A stretch of DNA of 34,485 nt from NCBI RefSeq assembly GCF_001194135.2, contig NC_068989.1, positions 46,413,322 through 46,447,806 of the forward strand. Direction: 5' to 3'. This DNA comes from Octopus bimaculoides. Lineage: Eukaryota. Numbering within the stretch: the stretch's first letter is position 1; every line of letters starts with the position of its first letter. The notes under the pieces are model-generated. The model saw only the letters and a program-made list of their open reading frames with translations. It had not been told where the DNA came from and searched no databases. The position numbers and the translations under genes were made by a program. Shown piece after piece: positions 11,341 through 22,750 of the stretch.

Positions 11341-12080
11341 GTGGTATGCCCTAAAGAAAGTAATTAAAGCAGAATCGGTTAGGTATAAGGCCCTAGCATT
11401 AGATCGAAATAGAATAGAGGGAGACCTAGTTAAGAAATTAGAATAGGCACTCAGAACTGGCATAGCGTCCAATGTACTGGCGGCGAAGTTGGCCCTCGAC
11501 TAACACTTCAACGTCAAATACGAAGGATGCGTTGTCAGAGCTAGGATGCGTGCTCTGAGGAACGAATGAGTTGGAGCCGCCCGAGAGGCCCGAGTAGCCG
11601 AAGCGCAACAAGGCAAAAAAGCCACCATTAGGTCCCTGACAAATGAGCAGGGGCGCGAATTACTCGAGCCTGAAAGGATGTGTGAAGCCTTTCGACAACA
11701 CTTTGCCCGATAGTTCGGGACAACTGGTGGGTCAGGACGCAGAGTGGACTTTAGTGCTTACCTGCATGACCTGTCACGACTCTCAGCAAGAGAGGCGGAG
11801 TGTTGTGAAAGACCCATCACAGCCGCAGACGTACGGAATGCAATGGCAGGCTGTGCGGGAGACAAGTCGCCAGGCTTGGATGGTCTGCCCTACGAACTTT
11901 ATTGTCATATGCCAGACTTGTTTGGAGGTGTCTTGGCAGCTGTCTACTGCAACTGGCAGCAAAACGGGAGTATCTCAGTCTCTGTAAAGCAATGAACGGT
12001 GGCACTGCTAAAGAAAGATCCAAAGAATAAATTATGGCTGAAAACGCCGAACATGCCAAAATAAGTTCTTTTAAAAGGAG

Positions 12081-12186
12081 GATGTTCGAGTGCAATTGTC
12101 GAATTCAACTGTCCAGTGCAACTGTTGCTGTTCGAGTGCAACTGTTGATGTTCGAGTGCAACTGCTGATGTTCGAGTGCAACTGTC
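12081..12186. repeat. 20-bp tandem repeat GATGTTCGAGTGCAACTGTT
   Basis: Near-perfect units at 12127, 12147 and 12167, one more at 12081, and a degenerate unit between. Confidence 0.9.
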
Positions 12187-12199
12187 ATACACTTGTTTC

Positions 12200-12505
12200 T
12201 AAAAGTATGGAATGGATTCATGTATATCGTGCCAAATGTCAATCACAAAAGGCTCATATCGAGTATTAGGAAAGTCAGATAAGCACTCTGAATGTGTAAC
12301 ATCTTCCTGCCTGCTAGAAGAGAAAAATAACGGTAAAAGGATCTTTGGAGTTGTAAGTTTTAAAGGATCGATGGAGAGATGCTGAGGGCTGTAACGTCTA
12401 TATTGTTGATATGTGCGCTTCAACTTAGGTCGCTGTCTGCTGTTACAACATATAATCTCTGATATTTGACACTACGAGTTCGCCCGAGGGAAGGTAATAT
12501 GTATT
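12200..12505 (-). mobile_element. Probable CR1/Jockey-group LINE RT C-terminal remnant
   Basis: Minus strand reads SVKYQRLYVVTADSDLS*SAHINNI, then after a shift TTPKILLPLFFS. This resembles the DLGVxxDSxLSWxxHI...ILxxLY motif that follows the RT domain. Confidence 0.45.
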
Positions 12506-12521
12506 CATAAATAGATACAAA

Positions 12522-12551
12522 CATACGTACGTACATACATACATACATACA

Positions 12552-12580
<29 letters not shown>
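12522..12580. repeat. (TACA)n microsatellite, left of the RLE element
   Basis: Seen directly. Confidence 0.95.
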
Positions 12581-12583
<3 letters not shown>

Positions 12584-12975
12584 CCCGTGATTGTTGGGGC
12601 ATTGGGATATGTAACGAACTGCCTCAACAAAAACCTGGAAAAATTAAGGTTCTCAAAACCTGAAAGAAAAAGGCTGATTAGAAGACTACAGATTCAAGCC
12701 ATCAATGGAATTGTAAAGATATATAAAACTTTCCAAAAGTTTAGTACATAAATGCATATGCATGCATCTAGACATGAAAATATATACATAAAAACGCATC
12801 CATAAAACAAACATACAAATCTGCGCATACAGTAACACCAAATACTGCACACACACACATATGCACAAATACATACATGATGTTGATAAAAGTTCCAATG
12901 AAGGAGCCTTGAATCTATGTAAGAGTCCGGCTCTTTCTCTATGGACAAGAAATACAGAAATGAAACTGATTGATA
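12581..12975 (+). mobile_element. 5'-truncated RLE-type non-LTR retrotransposon (C-terminus plus 3' UTR; CRE/NeSL/R4-like)
   Basis: 12581-12751 reads IPVIVGALGYVTNCLNKNLEKLRFSKPERKRLIRRLQIQAINGIVKIYKTFQKFST* with no internal stop. This fits the PxxxGALG...LQxxAxxGxxxI terminus of RLE ORFs. Confidence 0.7.
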
Positions 12976-13025
12976 ACATACATACATACATACATACATA
13001 CATACATACATACATACATACATAC
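12976..13025. repeat. (CATA)n microsatellite, right of the RLE element
   Basis: Seen directly; same repeat and strand as 12522-12580. Confidence 0.95.
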
Positions 13026-13096
13026 TTATATGTTTGTATATATGTATATATCTTCTTGTAAGCGCTGATAGGTCAAAGTAGCATTCTGTATACCCA

Positions 13097-13178
13097 ATGT
13101 GTGTGTGTATGTGTGTGCGAATGTGTGTGGGTGGGTGGGGGTACGTTTGTGCGTGTGTATTTGTGTGTGTGTGTGTAT
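13097..13178. repeat. Imperfect (GT)n microsatellite
   Basis: Seen directly. Confidence 0.9.
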
Positions 13179-14124
13179 AAACGGATGGAACTGCAACCCC
13201 ACAAAACAATTAGACTAGAAAGAGACGGCATGTTCATGTAGTACAGATTCATTAAATATGAGATATTAAGTGCTCGTTATACAGCGCAAACCCAATGTTA
13301 TATGAGATCAATTGAAACAGAAAGTTACGTCGATAACATCAAAGCTTTCATATGAAACAACGACAATAACTGTTTATTTTCAAATAATTAGATACTACCA
13401 ATAATTAACTTCCCTCTTGAAACAAAACACTCCTACATTAACTCAAAAATATACTGCAGCAACTGAGTTTATATGTAGATGTGTTGTTCAAAACGAAACA
13501 CATCAGAAACGAATCCGGAGTATGCAACTGAGGCGGTATTTAATTACAATAGTCATCTATGTATCATACTTAACGTATATACATTGTTGATAGGCCAGTT
13601 ACTGTTGTATTTTTCCAGAGATGTCGTCTTTTATCGTCTTGCTGTGTTAGTGTTTTTAACACGGCAATTTTTACATAGTAGATGTTATCTCAAGACTGGC
13701 CTTTCGACTGTGTGTGTACATTAAGCATGCTACGTAGATGTATTTTATGACGAAAGAAATTAAAAGGTTATCAGAAACATAAATTTGTTTAGTGATTTAG
13801 GAATGGAAAAATTATCTGGGGAACGGAATACTTTAAGCGGAAATACCGAAAATACTTTTACAGAATTACTAAATAATGGTGACGTAAATGACAGTTGTGA
13901 TGAGTAAGTGGGTTTTCTCGATGGTGATATTTTCATCATGGAAAAAAACAAAAACGTAATCATATCAAATACAAACGTTTTGGGATTGTCAAATTGGAAA
14001 AAAAGGTTTAATTTGCGTTGTTTCTAAGTGATTTAACTGAACAATAAGCACATATAGACGTGCGTGCAAGTGTGTATGTGAGAGAGAAAGAGAGAGAGAG
14101 AGAGATAGAAAGTATACCTATTTA

Positions 14125-14127
14125 GGT

Positions 14128-14172
<45 letters not shown>

Positions 14173-14419
14173 NNNNNNNNNNNNNNNNNNNNNNNNNNNN
14201 NNNNNNNNNNNNNNNNNNNNNNNNNNNNNNNNNNNNNNNNNNNNNNNNNNNNNNNNNNNNNNNNNNNNNNNNNNNNNNNNNNNNNNNNNNNNNNNNNNNN
14301 NNNNNNNNNNNNNNNNNNNNNNNNNNNNNNNNNNNNNNNNNNNNNNNNNNNNNNNNNNNNNNNNNNNNNNNNNNNNNNNNNNNNNNNNNNNNNNNNNNNN
14401 NNNNNNNNNNNNNNNNNNN

Positions 14420-14467
<48 letters not shown>
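14125..14467. other. Assembly gap (N 14173-14419) flanked by (TA)n
   Basis: Seen directly. Confidence 0.98.
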
Positions 14468-14470
<3 letters not shown>

Positions 14471-14659
14471 ATTATGAGGGAATAAGCTAATTATTTCTAC
14501 GTATAACAGACTAGTTGTTCGATGAAATGTGTGGTACGTTCTTTCAATTTAACCAGAGTGTCAAATGGCTGAGTATTCCAAATACTTGGAGGAATTTCTT
14601 TAGCACATTGTAACAGAACTGGATATTTGTATTACAGATACAATTAAACTCACAATCTG

Positions 14660-14790
14660 GATTTTACCGGATGCAGTTTTCGTATACCTAAATTTACTCG
14701 TAAGGCTTCGATCGTCCACAGGCTATAACAAAGACAGGCACAGGAGCTAACACGCTGTGGGATTAATCACTGGAGACCAGATTGTGAATG
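14660..14790 (-). mobile_element. Diverged SINE, family B (see 26527-26680)
   Basis: taaggcttcgatcgtccacaggctataacaaagaca...acgctgtgggattaa resembles the reverse complement of the 26527-26680 copy. Confidence 0.5.
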
Positions 14791-15151
14791 TTATTTCCTA
14801 TCTGCAAAAAATGACTGTGATCGGACTGTGTGGCTTAAATTATATTGTTGATAATAAGTTGTGTTCTGATGTAAGGAAAGGTTTACTGTGATTGTGAGAT
14901 CGATCTAAGTCCTAACACAGGGCACTGCTCGTGATATCTGTTGGGCAGACGTTCAATGAAGCAGGTTTCTTTAACAATTGTAATGTAATTGAATACTGAT
15001 CTAGCAGAAGTCCAAGATATATCTAATATCATAGTGGAATACTGTTGAGGAGAAAACGATTTGTGTGTGTGTGCGCGTACGTGTGCGCCTGTATGGGGGT
15101 ATATATTACTACGTGAATGCACATCAAAGTGTGCTTAATATACATAGGTAT

Positions 15152-15348
15152 ATGGCGAGCAGGCAGAATCGTTAGCATGCCGGGTAAAATGCTTAGCGGT
15201 GTTTCGTCCATCTTTACGTTCTGTGTTCAAATCCACTGAGGACGATTTTGCCTTTCATCCAGTAGGATCAATAAAATAAGTACTGTAAATGATTTAATCG
15301 ATTTACACTTTCCCCTGAAGTAGCTGGCCTAGTGTTAAAACTTCAAAT
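15152..15348 (+). mobile_element. tRNA-type SINE, family A
   Basis: ggcgagcaggcagaatcgttagcatgccgggtaaaatgcttagcgg...gttcaaatcc. Confidence 0.85.
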
Positions 15349-15946
15349 TAATATATTTAAAAATATGTGCACATGTATACTATGACATGGTTTGAGGACT
15401 GTCTGTAACTTTCCAGCATTGTTTTTTCTGGTTGGGCGAGACATAGACATGTGCAGAAACTCTATATCTTCAGTGGATGCTGAAATTAATGTCTGCCTTT
15501 AATATCGTCACGACAAACAAAAGCACTTCACGTTATTCCAGTTAACGACGTGGAAACCAAATCAAGGTACCGTATAAATTATAATCATAGGTATAAGTAA
15601 TCATAGCGATGGTAGCACGTTGATCTGATCATGAAAGGGAACTCATGTATATACTTCCACTTGGTTGACGATCCATATAGCGACTGTGACAACAAGGTAT
15701 ACCCAAGGGAGTCTGCAACACCAGAAGATAATGAGAGTAAAACAATAGTATTTAAAAAGGATTTCACTGAAGTAACTTATGTTTCATTCTTGAGATCTAT
15801 ATCCTGACTTCACCTCAGAGAGGCAAAATGACTTAACATATACCAATTAGACTACTCTTTCAGTATTAGGTAAAACAGTTAATGTAGTAGATTGGTAAAA
15901 CCATACAGAGCTGAACAAAAATGTCAGGCGTTATTTCTTCCACTCC

Positions 15947-16164
15947 AAGGCAGTGAACTGGCAAAATCGTTAGCACTCCAGGCAAAATGTTTAGCGGTAT
16001 TTCGTTCGTCTTTACGGTCTGAGTTCAAATTCTGCCGGGGTCGACTTTGCCTTTCCTCCTTTCGTGGTCGATAAATTAAGTACCATTGTTTCACTGGGGT
16101 CGATGTAATCGATTAATCCATTCCCCCAAAATTTCAGACTTTGCGCCTTTAGCAGAAAGGATTA
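15947..16164 (+). mobile_element. tRNA-type SINE, family A
   Basis: aaggcagtgaactggcaaaatcgttagcac...gagttcaaattctgccggggtcgactttgcc...gaaaggatta. Confidence 0.9.
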
Positions 16165-16170
16165 CTTCTA

Positions 16171-16377
16171 CCAGAATCGTTAGCACGCCGAGTTAAATGC
16201 TTAGCGGCATTTCGTCCGTACTTACTTTCTGAGTTCAAATTCCACCGAGGTTGACTTTGTATTTCATCCATTCGAGTTCAATGAAATAAGTATCAGTTGT
16301 TCACTGGATCTATGTAATCGACTAGGCCTCTCCCACACTAAATTTCAGGCCTTGTACCGACAGTAGAAAAAATTATT
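16171..16377 (+). mobile_element. tRNA-type SINE, family A, tandem second copy lacking the first ~14 nt
   Basis: cagaatcgttagcacgccg...gagttcaaattccaccgagg...gtagaaaaaattatt. Confidence 0.9.
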
Positions 16378-16619
16378 GCTTCCGTTTCTTCACACTCGGA
16401 TTTCAGATCTCGCAGAGAGCAATTTTGCATTAGATTCCTCCGAGGTCAGTATCAGAAAGTACAAGTCAAGTATTAGTTGTTCATTTAATATATTAATACT
16501 CTTTTTCAAATTCCACACGTTGTAATCATTAGGTAGAGCAGTAAACTCGGTATATTGAATAGACTCTTTAGAATATTGAACCTCACAGCATTTCTTCCGA
16601 TACATAGCGTGATGTTAAT

Positions 16620-16710
16620 GACTCAAATCGTACGGAAGTTAACTTCACTGTTCATTTCTCAGTGGTCGATAAAGTGCATTAAAACCCAAGTACTTGTTCT
16701 ATGTAATCGA
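16620..16710 (+). mobile_element. Highly diverged family A SINE body fragment
   Basis: gactcaaatcgtacggaagttaacttcac...ggtcgataaa...tatgtaatcga. Confidence 0.4.
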
Positions 16711-17265
16711 AAATAATTATGATGACTCTGCGATAGGTCATATAACATAATTGGTCGATTCAGATGCTTTTATGAGTATTGTACGGTGCACATCATTGCA
16801 GAGTACTTGTAACTCAACGTACACTGACGTAATGTCTTTAAAGTAACATGACAGACAGTTTGTCCATTTGCTTCGCTGGATTATCATCTGCACATTTGAA
16901 AACAACAGGGAATATTTTCAGAGAGAATCCAGTAAAAACGATAATCAAATACCGATCCTAATAATCACAGTTGCTGTTAATCCCTTTCAAAAGTAACAAA
17001 AGAGTAATGTTTTGTTCAATTCATATGAACAAAAATATTTTTAGCCAGCAGATATGTTGAGGCGTTGTTTTATAGTAATTTTTCTAATATACTTCTACAA
17101 CAATTGACAAATACATTTATATAAAGAAATATCTACACAGAAACGCTAAAAGAATTTATACATTAGCGTATATTTTTATGTAGAAGAAATGAAGTTAAAT
17201 GTTTGAAGAACAGGTTTTTTGAGGCAGAAAATTTATTAGTGCTGCTGGTGGGTTAATAAATCCGG

Positions 17266-17876
17266 GGATCTTTTTTAAAACGGGGGCCACATTTTTCATT
17301 AATGTTTTACGTAGTGTTTTTGGTACCGAAAGACTTTCAAACTTCGTATACTTATCTATTTTGTGTTATAGAACAGAAAAATATTTTTGTATTCGAATTT
17401 ATTTCATGTAAAAAATTGTCTTATTTCGATAATTTCAACCAATCACTGACAAGTATTCAGTTGTTTATATTTACTCCTTTGGCTGATTAAGCCATAGTTT
17501 CGTTTTATTTGCTTTTTTCATTTTAAATTTGCTTTTTCATTTTCTTTTTTATTTCTTCGTTTTATTTGCTTTTTTCTTTTTAAATTTGCTGTTTTACCCT
17601 AACCCTAACCCTAACCCTAACCCTATCACCGATACAATTGTTTCAGAATCGTTTGTTTATGTAGTCGGCACTTAATGTATATCGGCTGAATGGACGTCAG
17701 TGATTGGTTGAAATTACAGAAATACGACAACTTTAACATGGAATAACTTAGGGATTTCTTTTTTTTTTAAAGAAGACTAAGAGAAAAAGATGTTTTATAT
17801 GACACATTCTACCAGTGTTCCAAGTTTCAAAGTGTTTCGTTAATGAAAAATGTGGCCCCCGTTTTAAAAATGATCC
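17266..17876. mobile_element. Non-autonomous TIR element (Merlin-like MITE), 611 bp, with internal (CCCTAA)n
   Basis: 8-bp TSD AAATCCGG (17258-17265 and 17877-17884). 37-bp TIR GGATCWTTTTTAAAACGGGGGCCACATTTTTCATTAA with 1 mismatch. Subterminal arms match 10492-11340. Confidence 0.92.
17597..17625 (-). repeat. Interstitial telomeric array, (CCCTAA)4 plus CCCTA
   Basis: Seen directly inside the second MITE. Confidence 0.9.
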
Positions 17877-18214
17877 AAATCCGGATTATTGTTTGAGGAT
17901 AAAGATTAGTTTCGCCCGCAAAAACTAAATTTCGTACCTTACATGCATTTATCCATAATATATAGAAGACTTTAGTTGACTGATTAATATATATAAGTAG
18001 TTAACACATAACATTTCGTTTTGCGATTTGGTTTGCAAGATTCTTTATATGAGTTCATGTGTTGAAGCATATTCTGTTGCGTCTGGGGAGAGTTATTCTC
18101 TTTTAGTGCCTTATAATTTAACACACTCACCGAAATTTCCACTCATTTTCTTCTTTATTTTTCCTAAAATTTTCGTTGCGTCTTGTAACCTTTTCAGTAG
18201 TCGTTGACTCTCTC

Positions 18215-18330
18215 ATGTGTGTCATTGTGTCTCTGTTTCTTCCGCCACTGCTTGACAACCGGTGTTGGTGTGTTGCGTTGCCGTAACTTAGCGGTTCGTC
18301 ATAAGACACCAAGAGAATTATATGTATATT
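18215..18330 (+). mobile_element. SINE 3' module fragment
   Basis: cactgcttgacaaccggtgttggtgtgttgcgttgccgtaacttagcggttcg resembles the post-microsatellite module of a cephalopod SINE as I recall it; no second copy in the window to confirm. Confidence 0.5.
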
Positions 18331-18509
18331 CGGTCGTAAGTTCGTTTACCGTCTTGGAGCCGTTGTGAAAGGTGTGGGCGGTTACTTTGTGTAAACTGAT
18401 ATCTTCCAATCTTAATCTAAGTGAGAACTTTGACTAATTTCAAATACTTTTCTTTTTGGATAGAGTATTGCGTTTTCTGATACTTTTATGCAGTGTCAAA
18501 TTTAGCCAG

Positions 18510-18548
18510 AACTCTCTGTATCTATCCGTCTGTTTGTCTGTCTGCCTG

Positions 18549-18615
<67 letters not shown>

Positions 18616-18700
18616 GTTTGTCTATCTATTTATCTATCTATTTATCTATCTATTTGTATAATATATATATATATAAATATATATACATACATACATATTT
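18510..18700. repeat. Compound (TGTC)n/(TATC)n/(TA)n microsatellite
   Basis: Seen directly. Confidence 0.95.
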
Positions 18701-19134
18701 ACACGTTATTTCTTAATATGCTGTTAGATTTAGATCATGTAAAGCTCAGTGCAAACAAGAATATAGATATTTAGCTTAGTTACTAGCTACTTCTGGAATA
18801 CTCTGTTCATCTATGTGGAACTGTTCTGTATATCGCATGCGACAATGTGCAAATCGGCTTAGGTTGTATTAATATTTTGGAAAACTATTTTAGTAATAAT
18901 TTATATCATATGTAGGGTTTCGATATATTGGCAGTAGATATAGTATAATTAAATAAAATATTTAATGCATAGAATTCTTTTGTTAATCTACAGATAAATA
19001 TAAAGTTACTGATGAGAATGGCAAATATGTAATTCAATTCTAAATATTGTAATTTAAAACATTTAGTGAAATAATAGAAATGATTTCTGTTGCATTAGTA
19101 GAGGATGGCGACAGACAAGTAGGTAGAGAATTAT

Positions 19135-19196
19135 GTACGAATATGTGTGTATACATATAATACATATACATATGTGTTTATGTGCATATAAACATG

Positions 19197-19233
<37 letters not shown>

Positions 19234-19243
19234 NNNNNNNNNN

Positions 19244-19275
<32 letters not shown>
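19135..19275. repeat. (TA)n-rich microsatellite with a 10-N gap at 19234-19243
   Basis: Seen directly. Confidence 0.95.
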
Positions 19276-19276
<1 letters not shown>

Positions 19277-19734
19277 GCACACATAGTGATGTGGAGAGAG
19301 ATATATGTTATAAAATGAATGACAGAGGACGTGGTATTACGGTATTTCATTTGTTAGTCTAGAGATCATTGGGCTATCAAGAAAAGTGCTATCCTTTGAC
19401 TATCAGGTGCGTTTGTAGCTATAACAAAGAAATTGAGAAATTAAGTAAAGAAAAGTGTGGTGAGGGGGATAAGAAAAAGTTTAAAAGACAATAAACATAA
19501 GTTGATTTTGTATTGAGTCGTATTAAATATCAATTAAATTTACTATAAAAATTGAACAGAAAAGATTGTGTGATGACATGTATTACAAAGACGAAATTTT
19601 ACGAAGTATGTCGGCAATACTTGTAAGAAATATCTTTTGAATTTCACAATTTCAGGCCTGCCAGATATCTTCTCTAGAAACATTTGAATACTTTTCTATA
19701 TGACACCTAATGCTCCTATCACTTCCGGAATGGT

Positions 19735-20235
19735 TGTTACTATTATTATTATCATCCTTTTCTCTTTATCACAAGCTTTGCTGGAGCACCTGGAGACCTG
19801 CCTGTGTAGCGGGCTTACTACCTGTAGCCTACGGTACTATGCTATTCGTTCTTTTCAGCTATTATTTTGGCCGTGCCAAGGAGAGAAACCTTTCTACAAG
19901 GCACTCTATCCCAGATTCCTTTATATTCCACTTGATGCCTTCTGATGCTGTTTCCAAGGAACCAACAATAATTTTCCATAGCCGGGCAATTTCGTGCTTA
20001 AGAGGGTTGTGTATATATATATATATATCTTTTTGCCTTCCTTCTTGACTATTCGTGGGTCAAAGTGGCATGCAACATCAACTATATAGCATGTATGGTG
20101 CACCTTGTCCAACACCACTAGGTCCGGTTTGTTATGTTCGAGCACCTGATCTGTTTGGATTGGGAAATCCCAGAGGATTTGGCTAGACTCTGACTCTGTC
20201 ACTCTCTACGGTTTGTGCTCATACCACGTATATGA
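19735..20235 (-). mobile_element. 5'-truncated RLE-type LINE (R4/Dong- or NeSL-like): endonuclease, 3' UTR and short (TAA)n tail
   Basis: Minus strand reads WYEHKP*RVTESESSQILWDFPIQTDQVLEHNKPDLVVLDKVHHTCYIVDVACHFDPRIVKKE, the PD..D endonuclease motif. After shifts it gives HEIARLWK, IIVGSL and LLGTAKII, and it ends in ATAATAATAAT. Confidence 0.88.
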
Positions 20236-21093
20236 TGGAAAGGAGAAATATGCTCACAGAATTCTTTATTTCAGGAATTCTATGAGCTCAATCGAAGCTG
20301 TTTTTAAAATGTTTCCGTGAAAGTCTCAGAAGATATTTTCTTCCAGTTTTTATATTACTACGCAAAACATGTAAAACTGAAAAATGTTAAAAACAAGATT
20401 TCTTTCCTTTATGTCTTATAAATATTTTTTATCGTTTATACTCGTATTAACAGTTAAACTCATCCGTTTCAACCCCTTTCAAGTACAGGAATTTTTCTCA
20501 TTTGTCTAGTTTTAATTTCAGCGTGATCGACACGTCTGGAATCTATAACGCAGAGTCTCCAAGCTGTTTAATAAGATCTAAAGAAAATGTATAATAATGT
20601 CATAGTTCTCTTGAATAAATCTCATTGCTACAGACAGAAACATATATCAAAGAAATAAACAAAAACAAATAATCTAACGAAATGTTTTGGAAAGCCAAAT
20701 AACTGACCGGGAAATTTAGCATTATGTTAACCCTTTTAAAAAGTGTAGTTCGCAGAAATTCTGTTGCGATGTTGGTACCATATCACAATCTATCATATCA
20801 TGGTCGGAAAGCCGAATTCCTTCTGAAAATTCAGCAAATGTTTAGCTTCTTTTCATTTCATTCATTGCAAACGACGAAGCTGACAATTTTCAAAATTGAT
20901 GGAACTCATTGCAAAGAAAACATATATTTCTTCTGATTTATTTAGTTTTAGATCATGATACTTAAGGTCCTTGCTGAGTAAAATTTACCAGAAATTTCGT
21001 CTCCAGTTTATATCATAAAAAACTCTTTTGCATTCACATTTTGACTATTACTTTTCCCTTTAATTATGTAGTACCGTGCTTCTTCATATCAGA

Positions 21094-21415
21094 AGGTGAA
21101 TGACGCAGTAATTAGGACGGTGGGCTCACAAGCATGCGGTAGTGATTTCGATTCCGGGCCCGGGCTGTGTGTTGTGTTATTGAGCAAGACACTTTATTTC
21201 ACGTTGCTCTAGTTCACTTAGCTGTAGAAATGAGTTGCGACGTCACTGATGCCAAGCTGTATCGGCCTTTGCCTTTCTCTTGGATAACATCTGTGGCGTG
21301 GAGAAGGGAGACAGGTATGCATGGGTGACTACTGGTCTTCCATGAACAACCTTGTGCTTCGGAGGGTAACTATCTAGGTGCAACCCCATGGTCCGAAGCG
21401 GGGCCTTTACCCATT
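21094..21415 (+). mobile_element. tRNA-derived SINE, family C-related, diverged
   Basis: B-box-like gatttcgattccg, then ttgtgttattgagcaagacactttatttcacgttgctctagt, similar in layout to the 29620 copy; the 3' part differs. Confidence 0.7.
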
Positions 21416-22750
21416 ACCCTATTCTTTCACAGATATATTTTCCAGAATGAATAGGATTTCTGTATGTCTCACTAACTTTTCTATGAATATTACAGTATTT
21501 CTGTATTCAACTGTAGTGTGGAATATATTATATTATATTCCAAACAAGTTTTCAAAACGGTAACTAATTTTGTAAAATAATTTTTTATATAATATTTTGA
21601 TCAATGTATAATTCTTTTATTAATGTGTTTTTTTATATGAATTTTAATTTATTCTATTTAGGATTCACAATGTAATTTGTTACGTTTACACCATACGATT
21701 TATCTCAAAAATAATTCTATAATGTTCGAAGTCAAGGATATCACTTAAAGTAAACCGATATATCTACTGTTTTGTATGTTAGTGAAATGAATAATATTAA
21801 CTCCAGATAGGTATAACTCTAATAGCATTTTCAAGAACCTAATACAATATATTCTAAATATCCTACCAATAGCGTATCACCTTAGTATACAACCGTAGTT
21901 TCATTAAATATAACTGAAATATATTATATCTTATTTAACCTGTATTTAAATGAAAAGAACTTGAAATTGTGATTAAAATTTATCAAAGCGCTTAAGATTA
22001 TAAATCGTGAGTATGATGATGAATGTATTATAAACAGAGCTGTTGTTCTAAGTTTGGTACTACTTACATAATTTTGCAGTAATTTTAATTAATATTACAG
22101 CAGTCTGAGACAGATAATCATCACGTAATCTTTATAAGTTATAGCTAAACTTTAAATGTTTTCTTATATTTGTGTGTTAAAAGTTTGTGATGTCATGTAT
22201 ACAAACGATAGTGTTGATGCTCATCATTTTTAATACAGGATAATGATGCATTATAATTCATTTATGTAATCCCAAAAAGTAATTTTAACATAAAAAAAAA
22301 TATTGCCCATTACAAGAAGATTACCTCCAGATAATTATTTCATATGATCTAAAGTCTCTGAAATTGGTGCAGATTTAAATACTGACACGAGGTTGGGTTT
22401 ACATCCCTGGAGTATCCAATTATAACGGTTTGCTTCGTCAAATGAAGCGCACGTTATGTTGTAAAAAAACAGGTTATCGACGTTTAAGCTAGCTAATAAA
22501 CGAAACATATTTCGTGAAGTGTATAATACATACGTAGCTACATACGTACTTATATATACATAACGTGCTATTTCTCTGTCTTCACACACACACACATGCA
22601 AACACTCACACACATGCAAACACATACACACACACACATACACTCACACATGTATACTTATCTCAGAGACGTCAGATAAAGCAAAACATCAATCCATCAA
22701 TCAATTAAATTATCATTTAAAAAGAAAAAAATACGTCCATATGTGCGAAA

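Larger units (their letters stand above)
10268..12030 (+). mobile_element. Tx1/L1-clade LINE ORF2 fragment (end of APE, linker, start of RT), split by a MITE at 10492-11340
   Basis: Removing the MITE and one TSD restores one frame: CPQFHIVSYTDNKFMTCTLDLDKTHRQGPGYWTLNASF...NRWWY|ALKKVIKAES...RPITAADVRNAMAGCAGDKSPGLDGLPYELY...TVALLKKD, with 5 in-frame stops. GPGYWxLN and KSPGxDGLPxE are L1/Tx1 hallmarks. Confidence 0.88.

Noticed and set aside
11643-11987. 114-aa ORF
   Set aside because: Alternative frame of the Tx1 ORF2; the meaningful frame is that of ORF 11744-11995.
12081-12186. CRISPR-like array
   Set aside because: Units are directly adjacent with no unique spacers, there are no cas genes, and the context is eukaryotic. 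The same applies to 6895-7375.
14122-14469. 115-aa ORF
   Set aside because: Artefact of translating (TA)n and N runs.
15640-15820. 59-aa open frame MKGNSCIYFHLVDDPYSDCDNKVYPRES...
   Set aside because: No recognisable domain or clear splice pair; expected by chance.
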